Assembly: GCF_009914755.1 (NCBI RefSeq)
Contig: NC_060929.1
Reading direction: 5' to 3' (one strand)
Length of the DNA: 64,000 nt
From: the human T2T-CHM13v2.0 reference genome, Homo sapiens
Below the pieces are notes generated by a model that was given only the letters and a program-made list of their open reading frames with translations, was not told the DNA's origin and made no database searches. Of this stretch, positions 13,745-28,996 are shown piece by piece. Position numbers and translations under genes: made by a program. Positions within the stretch are counted from its first letter, which is position 1; the number at the start of each line of letters is the position of its first letter.

Positions 13745-14843
13745 AAATTGATAATGCTGAAGCTCTTCTTGAATGGGAGCTGGACAGGTAATGGTGGGAA
13801 TAGGGCAAGATGCAGAAAGAAGAAACCAGAACCAAAAATAGCAACTTTATACCCACTTTTCCTTTAGGCTAAGACTGCCTGTCTCATATGTCTATCCAAC
13901 ACACCCTCCAACATACACGAACACACATACCACCCCTTTTCTCTTAAGAAAATAACTCTAATAATTCAAACAACCTGCCCGCCATCATTTGTGGCAAAGA
14001 ATGAGAATGAGAAAGCAGAGAGAGAGGCAAACAGCAGTGATGGCTGGGGAACAATGTTCACAGATACTTTTATTCAATGGAATATCTACAAAAGTTATGA
14101 CTAATGATATGCCTAGTAAAAACACTGCTATACCTCCTTAGCACTGAAGCAAGTCTATTCTCAGATATGAAAACTGTAACTTTCAATCATATAACTATTC
14201 AATTAATTAGCCAAGTCAGAAAATCCCCCCTTAAAATTCATTAATTAATTAACAAACTAAGTTTGGACTAAAGTTGAAGGGCTGGTTTTAACTTAACATT
14301 TAAACGAAGTGTTGTAATTACAATTAATTCCCATGCTTGAATCATATCTCCAGTTTATGATAACAGTACATTTTATTCACTAACAATGCTATTAGAACTG
14401 GCCACAAATTCTTTAGCATAGCAATTATGCTAGAAATTGCTCTAACAAACTTATTAATGGCCAATGTAGATACAGCTTTCCTCACAAAGTGGCTTTTAAT
14501 CCCTAATTCTTTATGTATATTAAAAAGAGGTCATTATGACTCTATTACTGGATCTCAGAGACTTTGTCAGTAGCATTTTTATAATTAGCGCCAGATTTTT
14601 AAAACCTTCTCATATATCTTGTGGCTTAAACATTTTTAAAAGAGCCCTCATCCCCACAGAGTTGCTTACACAGGGGAATCAACTAGACTGTTCTCAAAAG
14701 ACACTAAGCTACTGTTCAAATTGCTATTAACTGAAGTCACTTTTATTAAATTGTGACCAGCTTTACCACTTCTTAGAACAAACCTCCCCTATATCTATCA
14801 AAGTTGAACTGCAGCTTATTTGTATGTTAAAAATGTAACTGTA

Positions 14844-15122
14844 GGCTGGACTCAGCAACTTACACCTGTAATCCCAGCCCTTTGGGAGGCCAAGGTGGAG
14901 GATCACTTTTGCCCAGGAGTTGAAGACCAGCCTGAGCAACACAGTGAGACTCCATCTCTACTAAAAATACAAAAAATTAGCCAGGTGTGGTCATGCATAC
15001 CTGCAGTCCCAGCTACTTAGATGAGAGGAAGGATCACCTGAGCCTGGGAGATCAAGTGAGTCATGATCACACCACTGCACTCCAACCTGGATGAAAGAGT
15101 GAGACCCTGTCTCAAAAAAAAA
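14844..15122 (+). mobile_element. AluJ-like element
   Basis: Diverged dimer with poly(A); TSD-like AAATGTAACTGTA / AAAGTAACTATA. Confidence 0.9.
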
Positions 15123-15149
15123 TTTTAAAAGTAACTATATTTTCTTTTG

Positions 15150-15333
15150 AATAAAAAGTAATGTTTCTGGAAACATCTGTGATTTTTCTATTGTGCTTTT
15201 TCTTGCACATTAGCTTTCACATTTTCCTCTCCTGAAAATCTCTTTCTCTCTTCCTCTTTCCCTCCTTCCCTTATTCTCTCTTTATTCATTCTCTTTAGGG
15301 TTTCTATTCTCTGTTTTATCATTTTGGAATAAA
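15150..15333 (+). terminator. Candidate NPY6R polyadenylation signals
   Basis: AATAAA at 15150-15155 (followed by T-rich sequence) and at 15328-15333; use not provable from sequence. Confidence 0.3.
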
Positions 15334-15413
15334 TGAACAACAAAAGCACTGCAGAACACACAAACGAAACAAAATCTAACCATCTCATGGCAGTAGCTGT
15401 AAATGTCACTTTA

Positions 15414-15762
<349 letters not shown>

Positions 15763-15793
15763 TCATTACTAAAATGATTCTGATCAAACAATT

Positions 15794-16208
15794 TGATGTG
15801 GTTTAGATGTGTGTCTCCTCCAAATCTCATGTTGGAAAGTGATACCCAGTGTTGAAGGTGGGGCCTGATGGGAGGTGTTGGATCATGGGGGCAGATCCCT
15901 TATGAATGGCTTAGTGCCACTGCCTTGGTGATGAGTGAGTTCTTGCTCTGTTAGTTCAGGTGAACTGGTTGTTTAAGGAGTCTGGCACCTCCTCCTCTCT
16001 CTTGCTTCCTCTCTTGCCATGTCATATGCCAGCTCCCCCTTCACCTTCCACTATGACTGTAAGCTTCTTGAGGCCTCACCAGAAGCTGAGCAGATGCTGG
16101 TGCTATGCCTATACAGCCTGTAGAACCATGGGCCAAATAAACCTCTTTTCTTTAAAAATTACCCAGCTTCAGGTATTCCTTTATAGCAACTCAGAACAAA
16201 CTAACACA
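15794..16208 (+). mobile_element. MaLR solo LTR (MSTA/MSTB-like)
   Basis: TGATGTGGTTTAGATGTGTGTCTCCTCCAAATCTCATGTTG...AATAAACCTCTTTTCTTT...CTAACACA. Confidence 0.88.
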
Positions 16209-16799
16209 CCACCAAAAGCAGGAAAGGGCATCAAATTCTAATATTCCTCCTTCCTCTCACCCACATACATATACCCAATCTCCTCTAATTCCGACTTCCA
16301 CCCTGAACATGCAGAAGAGATCTCCTGTATATGACTAAATAGTATGGCATTCTTTCCTTGATAAGAGCAATTTCCTTCCATAAAGATGTTTTGTTTTTTC
16401 TTTTCAACTTTTCTTGAGCAAATGGTATAACTATCAATAATAGTCTTTCTTGTGTTTATTTTTACCTCAAAAAAGTAGTGAATTAAATGTATTTTTAATG
16501 CATGCCTTCACCTTTAAGGGGCTTACATTCTGACAGGTAGGCAAACACAAGTCTATAAGTAGCTACTTCGAGAAGAAGGTATAATGGAAACATAAACCAA
16601 GTATTGTGGGTAAAAGTCTTTTATATGAGAGGAAACATGGAAAGACTTCAGAAAATCAGCCTTTATTTCCTCTATTTTTGCAGTGTTTGTGGATAATTCA
16701 TATCAATTTGGTCTATTGTTGAACAAGCTGGTATATGAAATAAGGTCTTACCTCCCTCTCTCCAGTTGCCAGATGAGCCTTTTAGGAGACTGGACTTTC

Positions 16800-17329
16800 T
16801 TTTTTTTTTTTTTTTTTAATTATTATACTTTAAGTTTTAGGGTACATGTGCACATTGTGCAGGTTAGTTACATATGTATGTATACATGTGCCATGCTGGT
16901 GCGCTGCACCCACTAACTCGTCATCTAGCGAGCATTGGGAAGGGTATATCTCCCAATGCTATCCCTTCCCCCTCCCCCCACCCCACAGCAGTCCCCAGAG
17001 TGTGATGTTCCCCTTCCTGTGTCCATGTGATCTCACTGTTCAATTCCCACCTATGAGTGAGAATATGCGGTGTTTGGTTTTTTGTTCTTGCGATAGTTTA
17101 CTGAGAATGATGATTTCCAATTTCATCCATGTCCCTACAAAGGACATGAACTCATCATTTTTTATGGCTGCATAGTATTCCATGGTGTATATGTGCCACA
17201 TTTTCTTAATCCAGTCTATCATTGTTGGACATTTGGGTCGGTTCCAAGTCTTTGCTATTGTGAATAATGCCGCAATAAACATACGTGTGCATGTGTCTTT
17301 ATAGCAGCATGATTTATAGTCCTTTGGGT
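16800..17329 (-). mobile_element. Young 5'-truncated L1 (L1PA2/3-like)
   Basis: Long poly(T), near-consensus L1 3'UTR and ORF2 C-terminus (FIAALFTIAKTWNRPKCP); perfect 15-bp TSD GGAGACTGGACTTTC at 16785-16799 and 17330-17344. Confidence 0.95.
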
Positions 17330-17849
17330 GGAGACTGGACTTTCATGTTTGCCAGATAGTCCTGGAAACAGGTTCCCCTAACCAGCACTCCAAAAACCTC
17401 CTATCCCCCAACCTCAAATCATTTTGGATTGAGAATAATTTCTCATATCTTTAAAAGCTTCTAGAAAAGAAGACTATTAGTGGAATGAATAAGTGTTTAT
17501 GCCCTAAAAGAATTAGTAAACTATCCTGAATATGTCTGTCCAGTAAACCAGAGCTGAATGAGAAAATGCTAAAACATTCTTGCAACAAGTCCCCTAAGTT
17601 TCTTCTCTGCCTGAACAGCATAGTTCATCAGCCTAATAAACAGAGTCAATCTCTCTTCCTGTAAGCTTTGTTTTTTGTAGAATAATAAATCAAGAAAAAT
17701 ATATTAAGCCCTTACTATATACTTAGCTCTGCATTTGGAATAGAAAAAGTACAAGACACAGCTTTAAAGAATTTACAACCAAGCTGAGGCTTTAAAGCAT
17801 TTACAATATACCAGGGGAGTAATTCAATGTGTTGGTTTTGAAGTCTTTC

Positions 17850-18663
17850 CTTCTTTTTTTAATTTACTTTTTTAAATTACAGTATAGGTGACAAAAATTA
17901 TATATATTTACAGTGAACAATGTGTTTTGATATATGGATAATGTTATGAAATGGTTAAATCAAGCTAATTAACATATCCATCATCTCACATACTTATCAC
18001 TTTCTGTTGTGAGAACATTTAAGATCTACTCTCTTAGCAATTTTCAAGAATCCAATACATTGCTATTAACTGCAGTCACCATGATAGACAATAGATCTCT
18101 TGTACTCATTTCTTCTGTCTGAAATTTGGAAACTTTGACCAGTATCTCCCCAGTTCCACAACCACCCCTCAGCTCCTGGTAACCACCATTCTACTCTCTG
18201 TTTCTATGAGTTCGACTTTTTAAGATTCCACATAAAACTAAGATCATGTAGCATTTGTCTTTCTGTGCCCGGCTTATTTCACTTAGCATAATGTCCTCCA
18301 GGTTCATCTATACTGTTGCAAATGACAGGATTTCCTTCTTTTTAAAAGCCAAATAGTATACCATTGTATATATATCTGTGTATGTGTCTGTATGTGTGTC
18401 ACATTTTTTCATTATCCATTCATCCATTGATGGACATTTAGGTTGATTCCATATCTTGGCTATTATGAATAATGCTGCAACGTACATGAGAGTACAGATA
18501 TCTCCCTGATATGCTGATTTCAATTCCTTTGGATATATACCCACGAATGGTATTGCTGGAGCATATGGTAGTTCTAATTTTAATTTTTTGAGGAACCTCC
18601 ATACTGTTTTCCATAATGGCTGTACTAATTTACATTCCCATCAACATGTACACAGGGGTTCCA
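17850..18663 (-). mobile_element. Old L1 (L1MA-type) 3' region
   Basis: GAGAACATTTAAGATCTACTCTCTTAGCAATTTTCAA; ORF2-like GIYPKELKS...AKIWNQPKCPS on the minus strand. Confidence 0.85.
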
Positions 18664-19224
18664 AAGGCTTCTCTTCAGGCTAGGTTGAAAGCTGACTAAA
18701 GGAAAGTTAAGGGTAACTGAAGGCAGAGTTAATATCAAAGGAGGACTCAACTTACCTTTATACCCATAAGTGAGAATATATTGAGAGAAGAGGAAGCATC
18801 CTAGATGAAGGAAGAAGAGGGGAGTATTTCAAGACTGATTATTTCCAGGAATCCCTAAAATCCTTCCTGAAGCCACCCATGCAATAAATGTGATCATGCA
18901 ATAAATTGAAGACAGAAGAAGAAGAATACTTCCGGTTGGATAAGGGAGGCAAGGCAGGTCTCTTTCTCCTGTTTCTGTGCCCAAATCAAGCTCCTTGTTG
19001 AGGCTGGGATAGTGTTTCCCCTGAGGGAATGAAAAGATGTGTGATGTTAGTGACAGAAGTATATCTGTTGTATCTGGTCATTGACTGTTTCCTGCTATTC
19101 TCTATTTTAGGTAGATAAACCTGTTCTCAGCTAGACTGTGAACTTTCAAAGACCTGTCCTAGGCATGGAAAAAGAATTTAATACATATAGATCTTGAAAG
19201 TTACTTCTTTAAAAACCAAGTTAG

Positions 19225-19546
<322 letters not shown>

Positions 19547-20974
19547 TTATTAAATGCCAGAATGTTTTCAAACCTATGTTCTATTAATTATCCAATGAGA
19601 ACATAAAGACATAATCCTAATTACACAGGGATTATAGTACTGTCAATAAGTCATGAAATTCTGAGTCTTGAAGATTCCACTTAAACATTTCTCAACAACA
19701 TTCTCTAATTCCCCAGGGCTATTAGGATCCCCTAGTCACTGCTCCCACACCCTGTGTATACCTACCATGCAGTACCAGGAAGACCTGTTTACATGTGTGC
19801 CTTCAAGGAACATGCATTCCTCAAAGGCCGGGCTTGTACCTTATTCACTGTAGTAGCTCCAGTGCCAAGTATGGCATCTGACACAAAGTAGGGGAACTCA
19901 ACAGATATTTGTAAACTGTAGGTGTAGAATAACATCTGGGATGACAAATCTTTGCTTGAAAGTGGTGTGTGGATCTGAACAGTAAATGAGGACTATATCC
20001 TCTAGATTTAGCATCTGAAGAAGCAGAAAGCTAAATTTCCATCTGAAATATAAGAGCTTAGGATACCTGCACTGGCAGGAAGACAAATAAAAACACACAT
20101 TGGTCACAAGGAGCTCAAGGGCAAGGTGAACTTTTATAGCTCAAATGTCATTTGCCAAGAAGAGCTGTGCCAATAAGAGAGCTGAGCAAGTCCTGGGACT
20201 CGAAGAAAATGCTCTATTAACTTTTAATTAATTGCCTTGACAGGTTCTTGGAACAGCTTTTAGAAACGAAAGGCCTTCCAGGGCAACCAGCCTCCAGGAG
20301 AGCAGGCCCCATTATGATTCTATTAGAGGAACCAGATTCTCTCTTAAAGGCCAATGCAGGGCAGAACTTTATCTTTTTCAGTGAGCCAAATCCTTCTCTA
20401 ATAAGGCAACATACAGCCTAAAAGTAAAAGCTATTGAGTTATTGATTTGGAGGCCATTTTCTACATCCTGGGGTCTCCAAAGATGCTTTCTGCTTTTCCA
20501 CAGCAGCAGTGTCCCTTTCTTCTGGACACTGTCACTAGATAACCTGGTTTCCTAATAATTCCAGTTATCAACCCTTCCTATTTTCTATGACATTTCTCAA
20601 CTTAACAACAAAGACAAATATTTTAATTTATGTGTGTGTGCACACGCATGCATGTGTGCATAACACTCAGGAAAATGTCTGAAAGAAAGTATCCCATAAC
20701 ATTAATAGTGTTTATTCCCAGGTGATGTGACAAGACTTTTGGGTAATGTGTCTTTATTTCTTTCCTACTTGTTCCATCTTGCTGCCTTTTTTTTTTTAAG
20801 GTAAAACTTCATCAATACTATTTCTTTTCTAATTATTTGTTGATGGTATATTAAAATACCAGGAATTTTTACGTTGACTTGTATTCTGAGCTCTTGCTAA
20901 ATTCATTTACTAATTCTAATGATTCACCTGTAGCTTCTTTTGAATTATCTGTGGACATAATCATGCTGGGTTGT

Positions 20975-21290
<316 letters not shown>

Positions 21291-21617
21291 TGAATAATGA
21301 CAACTTTATATTCCTTTCCTATACATATAACTTTTTATTTATTATTATTATCTCATTGTCTAGTAGGGGTAAACAAGCAACTTCTTTGTCTAAAAATAAG
21401 TGTGTGTTTTTTATTTTAACTTTGACCTTTAAAGAATATTTTCACCAGATATAGAATTACAGATTGGCAGTTATTTATTTCATTATTTGAAAGGTGTTAT
21501 TCCATTGTCTTCCATAATTTCAGTTGGGAAACCAACTGTCTTATTTTTTTCATTCCTTTTAAGATAATGTGGCTTTTATTCACTAGCTTTAAGATTTTCT
21601 TAATATCTTTGCATCAT

Positions 21618-21996
<379 letters not shown>

Positions 21997-22223
21997 CTAC
22001 TAAGAACATATAATGCTTATATAATTTTTCTTAATGAAGGAGAAAAAGACAAAAACTTTTTTAAAAAACCTGAGAATCCAAAGTGCCTGTCTATGAGGCA
22101 GTTGTGCTGCAAGGAGTCAAGAGATGTGGAGTCTAGCTTCTGCTTTGGGCAAATTACCTATCCTTCCTAAGCCCCTGCTTCATTCAATCAATAAATATTT
22201 AATAAATGTCTACTATGTGCTTA

Positions 22224-22790
<567 letters not shown>

Positions 22791-25700
22791 TTAGTTGCTT
22801 TGTAATTCTGTGATTCTATGTTCCAATCTTTGTTATGTTACTGAATCAGAATCCAAAGGAACATCACTTATCAGGCCCCTCCATTCATTAACTTAATCCT
22901 AAAAACACTCTTGTAAGTAAGTAATGCTATTCCAATTTACAAATTTTAAAACTGTTAATTAAGCAAGTTGCCTGAGGTCACACAGTGGTAAATTCTGATC
23001 TGTCTGGCTTCAGATTCCATCCTCTTTCATTCATTGTTCAACTATCATTTACTGAGTACCCGCCAAGTTATCTGCCTGACACTGGGGATAAAGAGAACAG
23101 TAAGATTGGATCCCTGCTCTTGACGAATGCACTTTCTGAGGGGGCAGTGTCAGTAATCCAGACAATTACAACATGGTTAGGTATTTAGAAAGAGGCAGAG
23201 TAGGACTATGGCTTTTCATCAGAATCTAATTCCCTAGCTTCTCCAAGAAACCAAGGAGCTAGGTACATGATCACTGAGAAAGACTACCCAGATTGGTAAA
23301 TTTGCAAAGCTATAGCTGAAGTCCAGCATCCCTGACTGGCCTTGACCAACAGTTCTGTCTGCTATCTACCATACAATTAAGCCAGTCTCTTTAGGTGAGG
23401 ATCTTCCAGAGGAATGGGTATCCAGATGGCATGCATTCATCTTATTATACAGAATAAACAGGCTTTCAGCCTTCCCAAACTGATGAGGAACTTCAACATT
23501 CACCTCATGGACTCTTAGAAAGACATATATAAGCTAATCATGCCTGCCATAACCTTGGAACATTTCATGGACATTTTCAGATAAAGCCCCTCCTCACCCA
23601 TATGGCTTCAAAAAATGCCCTCTGTCTCTGATTAAAGGGACTTGAGAGAAGTATGAAACCAGGATTTCCGAGTTGTTCCTGGAAGAGCTTCAGCCAGGAG
23701 CTTTCAGTAGCAGATGTTAAATCTGATTTTAGAGCCTAACGAAAATGCTGGGCTTCTAGCTTCGTGGAATGAGTCTGAGGTATAGTTTCTAAGTCAATAA
23801 CTCAGTGGAAACTTGACCTATGGTATTATGTGAAGGTTCCTCAATTCTTCTATAAGCAACTAGTGGGAAACAGCTCATATGCTTAAGCATCCTTCTGAGA
23901 GGCCACGAGGAGCATCCACTTACTCATACATTTAGAGCTATAACAAAACTGCCTCCGGTGTTGGAGGGATGGGGACTATCAATGTCTCTGGAAGCCGGGA
24001 GTCCAGGGACTCTCATCCCAACTCTTCCATGGTCTCACTGTGCTGCCCTAAGCATGCCACTTAAACCCTCTGTGTCTCAGCTCTGCCACACTGTCCCTCC
24101 AGTCCTTGGGTCCCCTCAGTGCATGTATACAAAGTCTATTCCTGTTGCCCAGCCTTTCTCTAATTCTACATATACCACTCTGCTTCCTGGCTACAAACTT
24201 GTTGCTAACAAAACTGTGAGCATCTCACCAGAAGATTCAGGACTTTATATCTTTTGACTCTTTCTAAGTGTCCACCAAGGGGCCAAATCTACTTGCTGAG
24301 TAAAGAAAAGATTCCCTGAGACTTCCTATTGGTGAGAGAAGATTCAACCTTTAAAAATTACTCAAATTTCCCAACTCCTAATACATAAAAGGACTGAGAA
24401 TCCCTTTGTCCTATTCACCTTGCTGGAATGAGGAAATAAAAGATTAATATACAAGAAAGAAAAAGAAAGTATCTATTACTTATCTTCTCATGACTTCACA
24501 TACATACAGTATGTTTTCTTACAAAGTTCTAAACAGCATCACCGTTTACAATTACTAAGACCTCCATAAAAATTCATCAAGTAGATATACCATGTTTTAC
24601 TAACCATTCCTTGGTCAGATGTTTAGAGTGCCTTAAAACTTTTCCAAATTATAATATAAATAACACTGTGATGAACATCTTTATCCATAAAACTGTGACT
24701 GTATTTTGGATTATTTCCTGAGGTTAGATATCCAAAAGTGGATCTGCCAGATCATTGGTAATGAACATTTTTATTATGCCTCATATGTATTATAAATTTT
24801 ATGATTAATTCTTAAATATATTTCAGCCACAAGACATAATTCTATTGCTAAAATATGGGATCGTCTTAGTCCAAACGTTTTGTTAAGTAGGCAGGATAGT
24901 ATAAAAGAAAACAGCCTCTAGAATCACACTGTCTGGGTTCAAATCCCAGTTCTATCATTTGGTAGATGAATGGACTTAAACAAGTTACTAAATTCTCCTA
25001 AGACAATATACATAAAGCACAGGGTCTGGCATATAGAAAGGGGTCAATAAATGTTAACCATTATTATTGCCTTTAGATTACAAAAAAAAAAGATAGATCC
25101 GTATTTTAAAAAGCCAAGAATATCTTCAAATAATGGAGTAAGAATAAACATAAAACAAAAGACAAAATAATACTCCCGTACTTACATCATAAGCAGGCTC
25201 GTTTATGGTAAATACTATTTACATCACTGTGGTTATTAGTTACATATAAATACCACTTTATTGAGTGTCTGCTGTCTTTAAAACCTTTACATACACTGTC
25301 TCATTTAATCCTCATAACAACCCTCTATGGTGATGATAATAATACCAAAAACAACAGCAAATGTTTACCAAGTGCTTATTATATGTCATGCATAGTTCTA
25401 GGAAACAACCTATTAATCATTATAAAATCCTATGAAGTAGGACTTTCCATTTAATTATTACCTTCATTATACAGACATAATTGAGTTACACAGAGGCTAA
25501 ATAGCTTGTCAAAGGTTACATAGCTAACAAGGTAGGTCTTATTACTCCCATTTTATAAGAAAACTGGAACCTATGAAAATTGCCTGTAAAAGCAAGTAAC
25601 TGGGGCAGGCTTTGAACCAGCATCTGTTGGACTCTCAAGTCCATATGCTTTTATTTCTGTTACTCTGCCACCTTATGTGGATTATCAATAGCAAATGGTT

Positions 25701-26281
25701 AAGGTTGGCTTCCCTCATTCTCACCTTCCTTTGCCATAAGCCAGAGTGTACTGAGAATAGTCTCGTTTGAACATTTGCCTCTGAGGAGAATATAAACAGG
25801 AAGGCAAGTCTGATGCAAAACTCCATATTCTGAAATGCATCCCTTAAAACAATGCACCAAGGATCCTCTCTCCCGAGGTGTCTGTCGCACTCCATCTAGC
25901 ATACATATCTGAGAGTTTCTAAGGCTTGCCTTTCAGATACTTGGTGGTTCCTAATAAGGTGCCCTAATCAGTTTCTTAATCAAGGCAACACTTCAAAAGA
26001 TTTTCAAATGAATGCTACAGACAGGTTTCCTATTTCCCTCTGTCTCAGAAGGCCCTCAAAATCCCCTCCACTGAAAGAAACAAAGCCGCTTCAAGCCTCC
26101 CAAAACATCTTGAAAATACTCACATTTTCAAAAGGACTGCACTCATAGGAAGAAACCTAAACTGAAGTCTTATTTCTCGAATGAACTAATTATTTAATAT
26201 TGGACAAATTATCTCCCTTCTTTGTGCCTCTTCAAAAGTGGAGAAAGTGTCCTGAGATTCTAGTTTAAAAATGGGGCTCCT

Positions 26282-26603
<322 letters not shown>

Positions 26604-26763
26604 TTAATATTAACCAGGGGGATTTGGTGGAGTGAGAAATGTAGACAATGGTAAAGAAATAAATCCTCTTCACCTTTGTAGGATAGAGCAAAGCAGCATC
26701 CAAAGGCCTTTCCTATCTTCTCCTGGCTTTATCCTCCACTAAAGACGAGGGAAGATAGGATCC

Positions 26764-26782
26764 TGCTGCCACCTCGTGGCAC
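26764..26782 (-). promoter_or_regulatory. CTCF-binding motif
   Basis: Minus strand reads GTGCCACGAGGTGGCAGCA, a close match to the CTCF core CCASYAGRKGGCRS, in non-repeat sequence. Confidence 0.65.
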
Positions 26783-26953
26783 TTTAGGCAGCACAAAAAG
26801 AAGGGCTTACTCAATAGGGTCATACAACCCAAATGCCCCTCAGGAAACCACATCCTCCTCCTCCTCCCTTACAATTAACTGCACAGAGCTTGACCATTCA
26901 CAAAACACTTTCAACCCTATTATCTCATTTCACTCTTCCAACAACTATAGGAT

Positions 26954-27003
26954 GGGGAAGGGGAAGGCGGGGGCGGGGGGCGGAGGGAGCAGAGGGGGCA
27001 GGG
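26954..27003 (+). other. G-rich tract (G-quadruplex potential, GC boxes)
   Basis: GGGGAAGGGGAAGGCGGGGGCGGGGGGCGGAGGGAGCAGAGGGGGCAGGG: seven G-runs of 3 or more. Confidence 0.7.
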
Positions 27004-27770
27004 TGTCAGGACTGGCTGGAGGCATAACTCCAACTCTGTTGAAAAAGCCAAAGCTCAGAGAGACTATGTGACTTGCCTAAGGTCAAACAGTGAGTAGCTG
27101 ACCGTACCTGAACCCACATCCCTTGATTCTAAATCAGGTGATTCATTATCTGCTGTATAGGGAAAAGGGTAAAACTGAGGTTTAGGTATGCTCCAGGTCT
27201 AGGAATTTGAGGGAAGGAGGCTTAAGAAGAGAAAAGGCTCAATTTCTTCTGCAGACACAACTGACTGGCCACAGGCCACAACCAGGCTGCTTGGAAAAAG
27301 GTCTACGCAGTCAACCTATCCACAGAAAAAGGTATGCAGATAGCCTGGGTTCCCGTCTTCCTTCTTGGTTTGCACATTCTCAGTTAACATCTCTAGGTAT
27401 CTCCAGCTGCTCTCCCTCCCTCTACTTTCCAGCCCCAGCCTACCCATAGGACACAAGACTGATTTATGGCTAAGTGCTAAACACCAAACGGATCCCAGGC
27501 AAGGGAGCCACAACATCTAGAAATCAGCAAAAACTGCAGGGAGAGCTGCTATGTCCCTGGGTTAGAGCTCATAATATTTGTGGCTCAGCCCAGATTTTCC
27601 TGTAAGTTTTGGCAGAAAGCTCAGTTGGCTTGTCCCATATTGATGTCATGCACACTGAAACCCAGGAGGCAATGCTGGAGTTATGACTTACCAACTAGCA
27701 TATAGGGATGGCCTAAGAATCTGAGAGTTTCCAATTTCTCCAAGGCAACCACAACTTCTTAAAGAATTGC

Positions 27771-28067
27771 AGCTGGGCACAGTGGCTCACACCTGTAATC
27801 CTAGCACTTTGGGAGGCCGAGGTGGAAGGATTGCTTGAGTCAAGAGTTCAAGACCAGCCTGGGCCACAGAGTGAGATTCCGTTTCTACAAAATAGAGAAA
27901 ATTAGCCAGGTGTGGTGGCATACATCTGTAGTTCCAGCTACAGGGGAGGCTGAGAGTGGGGAGGATCACTTGAGCCCAGTAGGTCAAGGATGCAGTGAGC
28001 TGTGATCTCACCATTGCACTCGGCCTGGGCAACAGTGAGACCCTGTCTCAAAAATAAATAAATAAAA
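27771..28067 (+). mobile_element. AluJ element
   Basis: Diverged dimer; TSD-like AAAGAATTGCA / AAAGAAATGCA. Confidence 0.92.
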
Positions 28068-28229
28068 GAAATGCAAAGCCCAGGTGCCTAAACTTTCTAC
28101 AACCACAGGTCTCCTTCCCTCTCTCCCTCCCTCCCTCCTTCCTTCCTTCCTTGTGAGTAGAGCATTCACTAAATGAGTGGAGTATTGTACGGGATAAAGA
28201 TGACGAATAAGAAATAATTCCTTTGCGGA

Positions 28230-28815
28230 ATCAGGATCTTGAAGAGATACCTGCATTCCTGTGTTCACTGCAGCATTATTCACAAGGACCAAGATACGGA
28301 AACGACTTACATGTCCATTGACAGATGAATGCATAAAGAAAATGTGGTATACATGTACAATGGAATATTATTCAGCCTTTAAAAAGAATAAAATCCTGCC
28401 ATTTGTGACAATATGAATGAACCTGGAGAACATTATGCTAAGTGAAATAGGCCAAACATAGAAAGATAAATACTCTATGATGTCACTTATATGTGGAATC
28501 TAATATAGTTAAATTCATAGAATTCACCATGGGCTGAAGGAAGGAGGATATGAAAAGATGTTGGTCAAAAGGCAGAAACTTTCAGTTATGCAAGATGAAT
28601 AAGTTCTGGAGAGTTAATGTATGGCATGGTGACTATCAGTAACAATGTTACACTATATACTTAAAATTTGTTGTTGATCCTAAGTATTCTCACACAAAAG
28701 GTATTCTCACACACACACAAAAGGTAACTATGATGGATATGTTAATTACCTTGATTGTGGTGATTATTTCACAATATGTATATCAAATCAAGTTGTATAA
28801 TTTAAATATATATAA
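28230..28815 (+). mobile_element. Old L1 (L1MA/MB-type) 3' region
   Basis: GCAGCATTATTCACAAGGACCAAGATACGGAAAC...GAATATTATTCAGCCTTTAAAAAGAA...GATGAATAAGTTCTGGAGA. Confidence 0.85.
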
Positions 28816-28819
28816 ATTT

Positions 28820-28996
28820 TATTTTTTTTTCTTTTATTATCTTTTTTAAGAGACATAGTCTCACTCTGTTCACCCAGGCTGGAGTGCAGTGGCACAATAA
28901 TAGCTCACTGCAGCCTCGAACTCCTGGGCTCAAGTGATCCTCCCACCTCTACCTCCTGAGTGGGTGGAACTACAGGCACACGTCACCATGCCTGGT
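28820..28996 (-). mobile_element. Alu monomer (FLAM/AluJ arm)
   Basis: GAGACATAGTCTCACTCTGTTCACCCAGGCTGGAGTGCAGTGG...ACCATGCCTGG. Confidence 0.85.
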
